NCBI GenBank assembly: GCA_025558095.1
Contig: JAIVFI010000002.1
Location: forward strand, 248,001 to 312,000
DNA length: 64,000 nt
Source of the DNA: Hyaloraphidium curvatum SAG 235-1
Taxonomy: Eukaryota > Fungi > Monoblepharomycota
Direction: 5' to 3'
Part shown: piece after piece, positions 34,001 through 45,757 of the stretch
Position numbering within the stretch: position 1 is the first letter of the stretch
Layout of the letters: each line of letters opens with the position of its first letter
Notes under the pieces: model-generated
What the model was told of the DNA's origin: nothing
What the model saw: only the letters and a program-made list of their open reading frames with translations
The model's database searches: none
Made by a program: the position numbers and the translations under genes

Positions 34001-36520
34001 CGAGATGGTACCCGACCGTGGGCTGCGGGCGCCCGCCGGTCCTCGAGTCGCGGGTCGGGAAGAGGTGCTCCCTGCAGCAAGCGGCTTGAAGTTCGGACGG
34101 GCGTCCGAAACGAGATCGAAATGGTTCAAAATAAGACGAGAATAGAGGTCTTGGTGACGCCGAGTTGTGCTCCCACTCATCCGACGAAGTCTCACGACGA
34201 GCTCGGAGGTCGGGGCCGACTTCGAGGCCCGCATGAGAAACACGGCCCAACGAGAAGACCGGGACTTCAAAGAATCTCAATCGAGCACCAGCACCTGCAA
34301 CTTCATGGGTCGGAAAGGCTCCGTGCGTTCGGCGTTGGAAGACCAAGCGAGCGCACGCCGAGAGAATCCCGTCGGTCCCCCTGCCAACAGACCGCAGACA
34401 AGAGCGAACGAAGGAATCAACCCTGCCAGCCTGCAAGACTTCCAAGAGCAAACTGTAGTTCGGATTCGGCCAGGAGTCCCTCCCGCGGGGGAAGGGGGAT
34501 CGATCGTCGCTCCCGAGTCCACATGACAACCGCCCGCCGCAAATGCCCCGCGGCGGCACCAATTCCGTTGTTATCCGACCCGGCGCGGCGGCATCCGATG
34601 TTAGGAACGGTCCTGCGCGGCGAGTCGAGCGCCAGCTGGCGGTGCGCCCCGCCGCCCGCGGCATCCCGCGCCCCGCTGCCGCCACGTCCCGGCACCGCGC
34701 GGGAGCGGAACAGGCCGGGCAGAGCTCCACGCGTGCTCCGGTCGGTTTTCGGGATGTTCGCGCGGGGAAAGGTGCCGCTGATGGTGGCCGATGACCGGCG
34801 AAGAGACCATGGAGGATCATCCCCGGGCTGGCCATGCGGCGACGCGCCGCGGAACGTACGGGTTTCGCGGAAAGATGTAGAATGGGGTCGGAGTCGAGCG
34901 CTCCGAGACGGCGGCCACGCTGCGGCTTGGACGGGATGGTGTCCTTGTTTGACGATTCGGCAGCGGGGATGGGCTAAGCGAGGAAAAGAATCGAAACGAT
35001 GGGCTTTAGAAACCCCATGGCGTGCTGGAGATCCAAGACTTCGAATGACAGTAATCGAGAAGAACGGTGTTTGCTAGGAGGAAGGATGGGTGCGTTCGGA
35101 AAGCGAACCAAGCTGACGAGTGTGCGAGCTCGAGAGCGTCGATCCTCCCTGTTTGGCTTTCCACAGACCCGTCGCCCTCGAAACTCGCCCGAAATAGATG
35201 CAATCATTGCGTGCTCGCAGCCCCGGGGCACGGTGGGGTACACCACCCACCGAATCCCGCTTCCTTTGCGCCAACGGCATGCCGAACCCCGACCCAACCC
35301 GACTCCCGCGAGCAAAGCCCCGCTACGGGTCCGCCGGCCCCAGCAAATGCACATACGCATGTCGACGGTGCCGCCGGGCCCATCCTGCAGGCGAACCGAG
35401 CCGCCCAGCCCTCGAGCGGCCGCCCTGCTCCGTGCGCGCCCGCGCGGCCCCGGGGGGCCAAAGGAAGCCGGCGGCCCCTCTCGGCGCGCACATGCCCCGA
35501 GACGATACCCGTCTGTCGATTCCGTGCCCCGTCGTGCGGCGGGTGGTCGTTGCGCTGCCTTTCCGGGGGCCGTGGCGTCCGCAGCGACGGACCGGCCGTG
35601 CCGCGCCGCCGTCGTGTTCCGGCCCCGGGGGCGCGGATGCCGGCATAGAATCGGCTCCTGCAGCTCATCCGTCCCGCGTCGCGGAAAAGAGTATGACGGC
35701 CGGGCTGCCTTGTACGAGCTCGAGGCCGCGGGGGTCTGCGTCTAACCGTGCACGAGCGTCGCCGGTTCGTCCTCGCTTCCCCGCAGCCGGTGACAGTAAC
35801 ATCATGGCGAGCCCCATGCCGCAATAATCAGCGGAAGATCGACGTCGAACGGCGCCCCGCGCGTTCGGATTCCGGACGCCCCGCCAGAAAGGCTTGTCCA
35901 GCATGCCCAGCCAGACGTCCACGGCCCAGCGCCGGGCAAACGGGCGCAACCAGCACGCCAACAGGAATCCAAGCCCACCGTTGAGCAGGAAGAAAGGGGG
36001 GAGGTTCCGACCAAGACGCCGCCTGCCGGGCAGGCCCCGGAACCCATCCCCCCGCCGTCCCCTTCCGATGTAGGTGCCCGCGCGCAGCAGGGAGGGCAGG
36101 GACCGCCCCCCTCGCTCCGGAACCGGCCGCACCGATGTTTCATCCGCCTTGATGGCCGGACGACGTCCCCCCGATCCCGGTTGCCATCCCCCGCCACCGC
36201 CGCCCCCCCCGGCCGTCATCGACACCCCGCAGCACCCCACGAGCTGCCGCGAACCCCGCCTCCGACCTCCCCGCATCCTCCCAAGGACACGTTGTGCTCC
36301 CCCGCCCCGCTGCGGCCGCACTCCGAAGCCGAACGGGGCATTCGGACCGCCACCTGTCGACTCCCCGTTCCCCTGGCGGTCCCCCATCCCCGTCCGTTCC
36401 CCGGGGCGCGGCCGGCCGCGGGAAGCTGCGGGATTTCAGCAGCCCGGCAAGCTTATACCGGCGGAAGGGAAGGATAGGTGTTTGCTCCGGTTCGCGGTGC
36501 CGGCACGTGGTGGGTGTTCC

Positions 36521-36612
36521 GGGGGGGGGGAACCGGCCGGGGTCAGGAGCCCCAAACGCCCGACCGACGAGGGCGGGGGAAAGAGGCGGAGAGGGGGGGG
36601 GGGGGGGGGGGG
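36521..36612 (+). repeat. Poly-G tracts (G10 at 36521-36530, G20 at 36593-36612); potential G-quadruplex upstream of the bZIP gene
   Basis: Direct inspection. Confidence 0.8.
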
Positions 36613-37227
36613 ACGGGGAGCGGGGGCGTTGACATGTCGGCCGAAAGGCGCGGCGGCGGCGGCGGACGGGACAGGGCCGTGGTGCTAGCGGGCGGGTTCG
36701 CGCGGTCGATGTGGCGAGTCGCTTGACGGCAAAAGGCACGGATCGGAGCCGCAAGGTCCGCGATGGGACCATCGGATCACGGAGAGCAGTCATTCGTGGA
36801 GCTGATTGCGGTGTCGGATGCGGATGAAGGAGCCTCATACTTCGAGTTGTCGAACGACCCGGCACCGATGCGGCTTCATTCCAAGCGAGGTAGCCAAGGA
36901 TTTCCGATTCGCGACGTGTGGTCCAATGAGGAGCTAAATAGCGATCGGATCTTCCACCGTGGACGGCCTTTGTGTCCAACCGACCTTATGGTTTCGGGAT
37001 GGGTGTGAATCACCATCGGGTGCGCTCCGACAGGGGACCGGTCGAACCACCCGGCGTCCCCTCCCCCACCCGAGCCGCCGGGTGCGACGCCGCTCGGATC
37101 TCGAAGGCGTGGAGCACCGGGAGAGCGCGCTTGGCGTGGCCGCAGGGAGGGGTTACCAGTTTGACTCACCTCGTCGGGCCTGTGCATCGCCTTACGTCAC
37201 AGGGACACCCCGTCCCACCCTCCCTCG

Positions 37228-37941
37228 ATGTCCGCGCCGTGGGCGCCGCCGCACGCGTGGGCCGCGCCGCACACGTGGTCGCCGCCGCCGCCGCCGCTGG
37301 GCGCGCCGGCGTCGCCGTGGGGCGCGGCCGCGCCGTCGTGGGAGCGGCCCCCCGCGTGGGAGGCGTGGCGGCTCCCGCAGCAGCAGCAGCCGCCGCCGCC
37401 GCCGCCGCACGGCTGGCCGCACTCTCAGCACGCGCAGGGCCCGCACGGCTACCCGCACCCGGCCCCCGCCCCGGACCCCGGCGAGCCCCTCGAGCCGTCC
37501 CCGGCATCGCCCGACCCCGCGCCGTCGCCCGGCCCCCGCCCCCGCGCACCCCGCAGGCCGCCGCGCCGCGCTCCCGCCTCCGCTGAGCCCGCGGACCCCG
37601 GCTCGCCCACGCCGTCGGGCTCGGGCTCGGACCGCCCGGTGTCGGCGCGCGACGCAGCAAGCATCCCGCCGCGCGTGCTGCGCGCCACCGCCGTCGCGCT
37701 GTACGGCAGGGACGTCGGCCAGCTGACAGACGTCCAGAGGGACAAGTGCGTAGCGGAGATCATCAAGCGGCGCTCGCGCAACTCGGAGTACGCGCGGCGC
37801 TCGCGCACCCGCAAGCGCGAACACGCCGCGGACCTGGAGAAGCGGGTCAGCGAGCTCGAGGCGGAACGGGACGCGCTGCTGATGCAGATCAGGGACCTGG
37901 AGAACATGCTGGGGGAGGGGGGAGGGGTAGAGGGCCGATGA
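37228..37941 (+). CDS. bZIP transcription factor with Pro/Trp-rich N-terminus
   Basis: Basic region KRRSRNSEYARRSRTRKR followed by the heptad zipper LEKRVSELEAERDALLMQIRDLENML. Confidence 0.9.
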   Translation: MSAPWAPPHAWAAPHTWSPPPPPLGAPASPWGAAAPSWERPPAWEAWRLPQQQQPPPPPPHGWPHSQHAQGPHGYPHPAPAPDPGEPLEPSPASPDPAPSPGPRPRAPRRPPRRAPASAEPADPGSPTPSGSGSDRPVSARDAASIPPRVLRATAVALYGRDVGQLTDVQRDKCVAEIIKRRSRNSEYARRSRTRKREHAADLEKRVSELEAERDALLMQIRDLENMLGEGGGVEGR

Positions 37942-38321
37942 GCCGCACGGCTCGGGACCGGAGGGCGCGCCGCCCCGGCGACGGCGGCCTTCTCCTGGCC
38001 GATAGATCCGGGCGAGCAACTTGCCGGGCACTTGCTCGCCCGTCCTCGGAACTGGACGCACTCGGAGGGTGTCTAATATATTCATGTTCACTTCGGAGGA
38101 CCGTGTAGATCAAGCCATCCATCCCATCGTCGGAGCAGCGAAGTCCTCTGGAGTGCGAATTGACATTCTTGCTGGCTTTAGCCGGGGCTTGGAAGCGGCA
38201 GTGCAACGGCAAGGATCCGTGCTGCATCCGCTGCTCCGACTCCTTTTACCCGCTTATCGCCCCGCGTCGAGATTACCCCGCGCCCCGCGTTCCGTCCGCG
38301 AAACGCGTCCGCCGCCCGTGA

Positions 38322-39810
38322 ATGACGTCCGCGGACTTTACTCCCCGCGATTCCGCGGCGCCGGTCACATCGGACGCGGAATGCGAGCCGGGATCCGCGC
38401 CCTCCGCCACCGCCAGCTCGCCCCGCTCCCTCCCTCCTCCGCCCTCGGAACCCCCTCTCGCCGAGCCCGACGGCGCATCGCCGCTCCCTGCTCCCCCTCT
38501 GGCCCCTAAACCCCGCTCCCGCGCCCTGAATTTCCTCCTGCACACCCCGACGGGCCGCCGCACCCTCCTCCTCTTCTCCTCGCTCGCCCTCGCCAACCTC
38601 CTCGCCTGGACCGCCGCGCTGATCCTATCCCGCGTCCTCCCCGGGGAGCTGCTCGCGGGCTCCGTGCTGGCATGGACGCTGGGCCTGAGGCACGCCATCG
38701 ACGTGGACCACATCGCGGCGATCGACAACATCACGCGCCGCCTGGTGGCGATGGGGCAGGAACCCGTGACCGTCGGGCTGTTCTTCGCCCTGGGGCATTC
38801 CACCGTCGTTTTCGCCGCCACCGTGGCCTTTGTCGTTCTCGTCCAAAGCCTCAAGGAGGCCGCGGGGGAGAGCATGGCGGCCGCGGAGCGGTGGTTGGGG
38901 ATCGTGGGCACCAGCGTCAGCGCCTTCTTTTTGCTGCTGATTTCGGTGGCCAATGTGTCGACCCTGATTTCGGCGTGGAGGGCGCGCAGGAGGGGGGAGA
39001 TGAACGTCACGGCGAACCCGGTGCCGGACCTGCCCGTGGTCCCCGCCGCGGCCGGCGACGGCCCGGAACCCGGACTCGCGGACGGCGACGCCAAGCCGGA
39101 CGTGGAATCCGCTTCCAAGTCGGACGCCGGGAGCGTCTCCCCGTCGGGGAAGGACGCCGCGCCCGCGGACCCCGCGCTTGTCGTCCCCGGCGGCTTCTGC
39201 TCCCGCTACGTGATCATCCCGCTCACCCGCACCGTCGACCGCCCGTACAAGACCTTCCTCCTGGGCCTCCTCTTCGGCCTGGGCTTCGACACCGCGACGC
39301 AGGTGATCCTGCTTTCCACCTCTGCCCTGCAGTCCCTGCAGCTCGATTCCGGACCGTACGCGGTGCTCGTGTTCCCGGTCTTGTTCGCGTGCGGGATGAC
39401 GCTCGTCGATTCCCTGGACGGCGCGTCGATGCTGTGGGCGTACCGCTACGCCGCGTTCGATCCCAGAAGGAGGGCGTGGTACAACGTGCTCATCACCTCG
39501 GCGAGCCTGCTCGTCGCCGTGGCGGTCGGTGTCATGCAGGTGCTCAACCTGGCCGATGCCATCGTGGACGCGCCGGACGGAGAGAGCGCGTTCTGGGACG
39601 GGCTGAGGGGGTTGCAGAGCGAGGTGGTGGGGGGCGTCGTTGCCGGGTGGGTGAGGCGTCGACGGATGGCGACGCGTTGCTAATGTTCCCCACAGGATCT
39701 TCCTGCTGGCCTTCCTCCTCGCCGTCGTCATCTACAGGTACAGCGATCCCGGCAGGAAGAAGGGCAAGCCGGACGGGAAGCAGCCCTCGACCGACCCGCC
39801 GGCTGTCTGA
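38322..39810 (+). CDS. nic1: High-affinity nickel/cobalt transporter (NiCoT family, Nic1-like)
   Basis: Signatures LGLRHAIDVDHIAAIDN, FFALGHSTVV and LFGLGFDTATQV. The 49-nt intron 39647-39695 (GTGGGT..GCTAAT..CAG) restores the last TM (GIFLLAFLLAVVIY) and gives a stop at 39808-39810. Confidence 0.93.
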
Positions 39811-40210
39811 TGAAAATGGGCTCGGCTCGGTGTTGCGAAGACAACTAAACTCCCACGCGGCTTCCGGCCGACGACCTCCGCGCACGCCGGCCTCAACACC
39901 GGAGCTCCTCGATTCCCCGGCATCTCTAACTCCCATTCTACAACCCCGGCGTCCTTGTCCACCGCCCGGCGAACTTGGCATGTATCCGGGGTGGCACGGG
40001 CTAGCGAGCTTGTAGGCCTCCTGGGCCGCGGCAGCTACAGACACACCAGTGCCACACCCCGTAACATAATCTTAAAAGTATCTCGAGCTTCAGTCTAGAT
40101 AGTGAGCAGCTGAGGCTGGTTAGTTTTTCCGTGAGTTGTCGGGGACCAGTTTGTGCCGCAGGGCGGTGTGGCTCCGGCAGTCGGATCTATGGCGCGCCGC
40201 CCTCGACCAA

Positions 40211-42178
40211 ATGGACTCCGCCGCCGAACTCGCCCGGGCCCGCGCCGACGTCGCGCGAAGGGGGGCGGAGCTTGACTCTCTCGAGGCGTCCGCTCCCGAG
40301 CGCCCGTTGGCGGAGGCGCGGCTCAAGGTGGCGCGAGCGGCCTTCGAAGTCGCGGACGCGGCACACGAACGCGAGCTCGCGACGGACGCGGTCGTGGCGG
40401 CGGCTGCGCTTCTGGACTCAGCAGAGATTGCCGTCCAACTGGCCGCCGCCGCCGCCGCGGCTTCTGAGCAGAGCGGCGACGGGGAAGCCGCTGACAACGC
40501 GAGGACAGCTGCCGCACAGAAGGAGCGAGCTCGCGAAGAGAGACGAATCAAACTCGCGGAGAGGCGGCGCGAGCGCGCGGAGAGGCAGCGTGCCCTCGAG
40601 GAGCGGCAGCGCGCCCTTGAGGAGCGGCAGCGGGCACTTGAGCAGCGCGAACTCCGGGAGAGGCAGCTCCGAGATCTTGGGACTCCTTCATCACCGCCGC
40701 CGGCACCGCGGGTGCTCATACCTTCGCCGAGCCAGCGAGCACGTTCACAGATTCAGCACAAGCTCCTTAAACGGTGGATGCCAACGGCGCAAAATGTGGC
40801 GGCGATGGTCGAGCTGCATTCGCCGCGGGACAGAGACGACGCTGCCGTCCAAGAGTGGCAGCGCTTGTTCAAGTGGATCGAAAAAGGTCCGCCGGCGGGT
40901 GCTTTTTCGCGGACTGAGTTCTTCACATCGCAATCGGATGAGCATCGGAAGCTTGAGGTTGCGATGGTGTCACAGCTAGCGCTTTACCTCGAAAAGCGCC
41001 TCCGCGATCGTCGTCGCGACAGCATTACCGATTCTTCAATCTTGTGGATTAACGAACTGTCGACCGCAAAGTCAAACAGAGTCGATCTTGCTCTTTTGTC
41101 TGTCGAAGACAGCGGCGTCGCCAACATCCGCGTTATCGTGGACAGCGTGGTCGGGTCCAGCTCGATGAACAAGGAGGCGCCCATAGATGCATACGTCTAC
41201 GAGGTGACGTCGACCTCTCTGGCGGACCACAGGCCATACCACTTGCTCGGCATCGCTCTTGGCCTTCCCCAGAACGGGTCCATGGAGGCAAGCGTGTGGG
41301 CGTTCTCGGGTTTCAACGACAAGAGGCAGCAGGACCAAAATCGATCCCTGCTCTTTTCTGGATCCGGGAACTGCTCGGCGGGCGAACTGATGGCACGTCT
41401 GGAGGCCGCTGCCTGTGCCTTTGCAGAGACAGAGCCCGAGGACGCGCTGGCTCCCTTTTACGACGAGCCGCACCTCTTTTGGACTGCCGACAGGAAGCTA
41501 CGGAAGGTCGTTTTCGACCCAGAACGCTCGGAGCAGTGGAGGGACGTCACGGAGGCTGCTGAGGTCATCTACAAGCGGCGCGGAGGATTCGTTCGGCGAT
41601 TGCGAGACTGCCGGCGTCCACTCTACATTGAGTATCCATTCAACGAGGGATATCACCTGCCGGGCACCGCTGCGGACGCGGTGCGTGCAGCCCAGGCCGT
41701 CATGAACTTGCACAGCGCAGGGTTTATTCACGGCGACATACGTCTGTCGAACATTCTGTTTTCCGGAGACGGGGCCGCCCACTTGATTGATTTTGACCTC
41801 GCGGGAACAGTGAGCTCGACATATGTTTCGAACTACAACACGCAAGTCGTGGACGGCGTGCGGGCGGCCGGTGCGAATTCGGGCCAACAGATGGAATACG
41901 TTCACGACTGGGAGGCTCTTGCGGGGACGTTTTCGAAATGCTTGCAACCTCCGGAAGGCCATCAGTCGAGTGATTGGGAAACGGCTTTAGAACTACTGCG
42001 GAGTGGGAACTTCAGCGGGCTCCAAGCACTTGGTGCTTTCCCCCTTGAGCCGACGGACGTTGCTCGGGCGCTGTTTGTAGCGCCTGCAGCGGGAGCGCGT
42101 GGAACGGCGTCGCCTGCATCGCCTGGCTCGCGGGACATGGGGGAGCCGCCGGCAAAGCGGCCGCGCACGGAGAGCTAG
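40211..42178 (+). CDS. Coiled-coil + putative PD-(D/E)xK REase-like + kinase-like protein (Crinkler/CR-effector-like architecture)
   Basis: N-terminal coiled coil with (ERQRALE)x3. Central SNRVDLALL...VIVD strand pattern. C-terminal IHGDIRLSNILF...LIDFDLAG...HDWEAL kinase catalytic motifs. Intronless, with visibly lower GC than its neighbours. Confidence 0.8.
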   Translation: MDSAAELARARADVARRGAELDSLEASAPERPLAEARLKVARAAFEVADAAHERELATDAVVAAAALLDSAEIAVQLAAAAAAASEQSGDGEAADNARTAAAQKERAREERRIKLAERRRERAERQRALEERQRALEERQRALEQRELRERQLRDLGTPSSPPPAPRVLIPSPSQRARSQIQHKLLKRWMPTAQNVAAMVELHSPRDRDDAAVQEWQRLFKWIEKGPPAGAFSRTEFFTSQSDEHRKLEVAMVSQLALYLEKRLRDRRRDSITDSSILWINELSTAKSNRVDLALLSVEDSGVANIRVIVDSVVGSSSMNKEAPIDAYVYEVTSTSLADHRPYHLLGIALGLPQNGSMEASVWAFSGFNDKRQQDQNRSLLFSGSGNCSAGELMARLEAAACAFAETEPEDALAPFYDEPHLFWTADRKLRKVVFDPERSEQWRDVTEAAEVIYKRRGGFVRRLRDCRRPLYIEYPFNEGYHLPGTAADAVRAAQAVMNLHSAGFIHGDIRLSNILFSGDGAAHLIDFDLAGTVSSTYVSNYNTQVVDGVRAAGANSGQQMEYVHDWEALAGTFSKCLQPPEGHQSSDWETALELLRSGNFSGLQALGAFPLEPTDVARALFVAPAAGARGTASPASPGSRDMGEPPAKRPRTES

Positions 42179-42349
42179 GGTTGGTTCCTGGTGTCAACCA
42201 GCTGGTGCGCCTCCTGCGGGTTGGAGGCTCTTCCTCTTCCACGAAGGCCAAGGCGGACGGGAAGCAGCTCAACATCGGCATGTCCGCTATTGGGCGTAGT
42301 GTTTCTCCATGACTCGTGGAGGAGGGAGAAAAATAAACCCTCCCAGGTC

Positions 42350-44325
42350 TCAAAGCCCCTCCACATCCTCTCCTGCCGGCCACGACACCTCGTACCCCGT
42401 CCACAGCAGTACCTCCTTCCCCGCCGGCACCTCCACCTCCCACTCTAGCACCCCCGCGTCCCTCGTCCACCTCACCGCCGCCTCCACCGCGCCGGTCCCC
42501 GAGGTCCGCCTGTCCGACTCGCCGAGCGCGAACGACTGCAGCTGCACCTTGCTCTTCCCTTCCTTGTCCCCCTTCCTGATCGCCTCGCCCACCCCCGCGG
42601 GCTCCGAGAGGACGACGCGCACCCGGTCGTCCTGGCTCAGCGGCACCTGGTCCACCACCGTCACCTTGGCCGCCCTGTCCTTGGCGTTCTTGAGCACCGC
42701 CCTCTCGGAAACCCTGACCGCCGAGCGGCCGCCGAGGAGCGAGCCCAGCCCGGTGGACTGGTCCCGCGTGCGGTGCGCGGGGCGGCGGACGAGCCGGAGG
42801 GAGGGGTCCGGGCCGAGGGGGAGGGCGAAGGAGTCGGATGGGGGCGTTGCGGGTATGGGCACGCGGGCGACGAACTGCGCAACAGGGACGACGGGTGTCA
42901 GTTCCAGGCCCGGCAGTGGTCCAGGGGACCCACCGCCCCGTCGACAAAGATCCCCGCCGGCCCTTCGAGCAGCTCCCACTCGGTCCCGTTGGTCAGCCTC
43001 GCCTCGGCCCAAGCATTGTCCCCCGCCGGCCCCTGCGCGCGGATGTAGGCCGAGTACTCGAATTTCACGCCCAGCCCCTCCCCCGGCGCGATCCGGGCGA
43101 TGGTCACGGCGTGCTCCGCGCCGTCGTCCTCGACCGTCGGCCGGCCGGGGATCAGGAACACCGAGGAGCCGGTGGCGGTCTTGGTACCCAGGGAGGCGGT
43201 CGGCTCCAGCATGGGCACCGACTGCGGAAACACGCCGTCGAAGGTGCCGGATTCCTCGTCCGCGCGCGCGCCGCGGAACGGCGGTGCGGCGGAGGCGACG
43301 CCGCCGATGCTGGCGAGCATGCCCGAGGACTTGCGCTGCGCGTAGTAGTGCGCCTTCTGCCGGATCCCGAGGCGCCACGGCTGCGATGGCTTGCTAGGCG
43401 GGTTCGAGGCGGTGGTCGGACGCGAGGTCGACAGGGAGAGCTCGACGTTGCGCCAGGGCTCGCCGGTGCGGTTGACCACCTTGGCGCGGTAGGCGAGCTC
43501 GGCGGTCTGCTTGGTCGAGTCGACGCGGACGTCGTACGAGGGCGTCCAGGAGCAGTTGCGCACGACGTAGGTGACGGTGAGTGCGACGGCGACCTCGGCG
43601 GGCTTGTCGCTGCCTGTTGCAGGCAGGTCGCCCGTGCGGACGAGCACCCCGATCTCGCCCTCGAGCTTGGCGCCGAGCGCTGCGGACCCGCGCAGCCGCC
43701 GCGCCAGGTTCTCCTGCAGCGCGTGGACCTTGGTCTGCTGCTCCTTGAGCTCCCTCGCACGCTGGATCCGCTCGGCACTCAGTCCGGCCGAGTGAGACGC
43801 GTGCGCGGCCAGAAAGTCGCCGATGGCGCCCAACGAGGTCTTGGCTAGCAAGTTGGAGGGCGCCTGGCCGTCCTTGGCCGCCGCCGATGCCTGGTTCAGG
43901 GCGGCGTCGCCGTACCTGTCGACGAACCGCAGCCGCGCGTCGACGGCGTCCAGCGCGGCCTTCTTGGCGTCCAGCGCGTCCAGCTCGCGCTCCAGCTCGG
44001 CCTCGAGCTCGCCGGTCGGCGCCTCGGTGCCGCGGGATTCCTGCCACACCACGTCGAGCACCGCCGCCGAAGCCCCCTTTGGGTCGACGACGGAGCCGTC
44101 GACGCGCACCGACGCGGCGTCGAGCACGTCGCTGCCCGGCAGTCCCTTGAGCGCGACGAGGACGGTGCGGCCGGCGGGAAGCGCGGCGCGGGGGAACAGC
44201 CGCGTCACCTGCGCGCGCGCGTCGGAGAAGACCGTCACCGCCGAGATGTGCGCCGCCGCGGCGTCGAAGGGGGCCGCCGAGGGCGCCACGGAGAGCTCGA
44301 TGCGGACCGGCGCGTCGTCGGCCAT
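42350..44325 (-). CDS. DUF4140 (N) / DUF4139 (C) domain protein (mucoidy inhibitor MuiA-like family)
   Basis: ISAVTVFSDARAQVTR, coiled coil, LTVTYVVRNCSWTPSYDVRV, VVNRTGEPWRNVELSLST and LLEGPAGIFVDG. The 59-nt intron 42933-42875 (GTGGGT..CTGAC..CAG) joins to FVARVP...LGPDP...VVDQVPLSQD...GVLEWEV. Confidence 0.9.
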
Positions 44326-44599
44326 CGTCGGAAGGAGGAGCGGGGGGAATGGCCGGTTGGTTCGGAGTGCTGTGGTCGACGTGGTGCTGTGCCGGCCGCG
44401 TGGCGCAGGCCACGGATCTTCCCCCTGGTGGAAGACCTTGCTGGAAGAGCGACGTGGCAAGCTACCGCAGCGCCGGATGCTCTGCACATTGGCAGAAAAG
44501 CTCAAGAAACTCGTTCTATTCGGACTCCTTCCGGGGAGCACCGAGCATCCTCCTTTCGTCGCGGACATCCTGTACTTGCCGGCCGTGCCACGTCCTCAA

Positions 44600-45757
44600 C
44601 CCGGTCGTTGGTTCATGCTCCATACCTGCACCGCCTCCTTCGGCGCCCGAGCCTTCCGGCGCGGCCGCGCCCTCCCGCACCAGCGCCTCGACGTGCACCA
44701 GCACCCTCTCCGCCAGGTTCCCCGCATGGCGCCGAGTGGCCGCCAGCGCGCACGCGGCAGCGAGGTGCCGCGCGGTGAGGGCCCGCATCCGGGCACGATG
44801 GGTGGGGAATTGGGGATAGGCTGGGACGTTTGATCCCTCAATCGCCATCATCGACCGGCCGCCTGGAGTGCCCGGCGACGATTGGGCGCACTTGGTCTCC
44901 CGACCCATTCTCGACGACGTGGCAGGATCAACCGACAATGCTCCAGCATGAACGCCTGGGTAACGCTGTTGTTGGCTTCGGCTTGAAGATGCGCGACACG
45001 GAGCGCGATCGGGAGATCTGAATCGCCAAGCCGCGATTGCGGAGTGGATTCGAACGGAAAAGGATGACGGCGGACACGAGCCCTTTGGCGCAATAACCTA
45101 GTGGCATCGATCTAGCTCGCGCACATGGTGCGCCTACGACCGGTCGCGCTGAAGGCTTACGACGCCGAGCTGCGCGCTCTCCTGGACCCCAATGTCTTTT
45201 CATCGGCATCCACGTGCGCACCCCGCGCGACGCCTTTTTCGGCCCCGGCGCCAATCGGGACGTGGATCTCGCGAACGCCTCGGACCCCGTGGCCGCGCAC
45301 TACGCGGCCCACTTCGACTGCGCCGCCCGCCTGGAACGATCGATCCTGCGACGCGACCCGCCGGAACGCCCCCGCAGCGTGCGCTGGTTCCTGGTCGCCG
45401 ACTCGGCCGCCCTGCGCCGCAGCGCCGCCGTGCTGTACCCCGCCATGCTCGTGCCGGCGGCCGCTGCCCCCGTGCACACCAACCCCGAGGAGCTGGACCC
45501 CGGCCCGGGCCCGTTTCCGGTCTCGCCCGCGGTGGCCCCGGAAGCCCGGGCGGCTGCCGCTGCGGAGCACGCTGGCCTCGGCCTTTGTCATCACCCGGGG
45601 GAGCGGGTTTGGCAGGCAGGCTGCGGCACTGGCCGTGGGGCCGGGGGACAAGCCGAAGCCGGCTTTCCTGGTCGAAGGAGGGACGAACGCGTCCTGCGAG
45701 ATCGGGAGCGGGGTGCCGGACGCGGAGCTATGGACCTGGCCGTACAGCGTCGGATAG
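44600..45757 (+). pseudogene. Frameshifted fucosyltransferase-like glycosyltransferase (GT-B; GT11/23/37-type motifs)
   Basis: Motifs are scattered over different frames: GIGDRL (~44806), IGIHVRT (~45202), HFDCA...WFLVADSAALR (~45310-45420) and FVITRGSGFGRQAA (~45584). Several frameshifts and stops. The 5' boundary is approximate. Confidence 0.6.

Noticed and set aside
31008-37227. Long ORFs 31023..31937, 33749..35077 and others in the gene-free interval
   Set aside because: Low-complexity translations expected at this GC, with no third-position bias.
40040-42200. Possible terminal inverted repeats around the kinase gene (ACACCAG / CTGGTGT)
   Set aside because: Only 7 bp and no TSD; compatible with chance.
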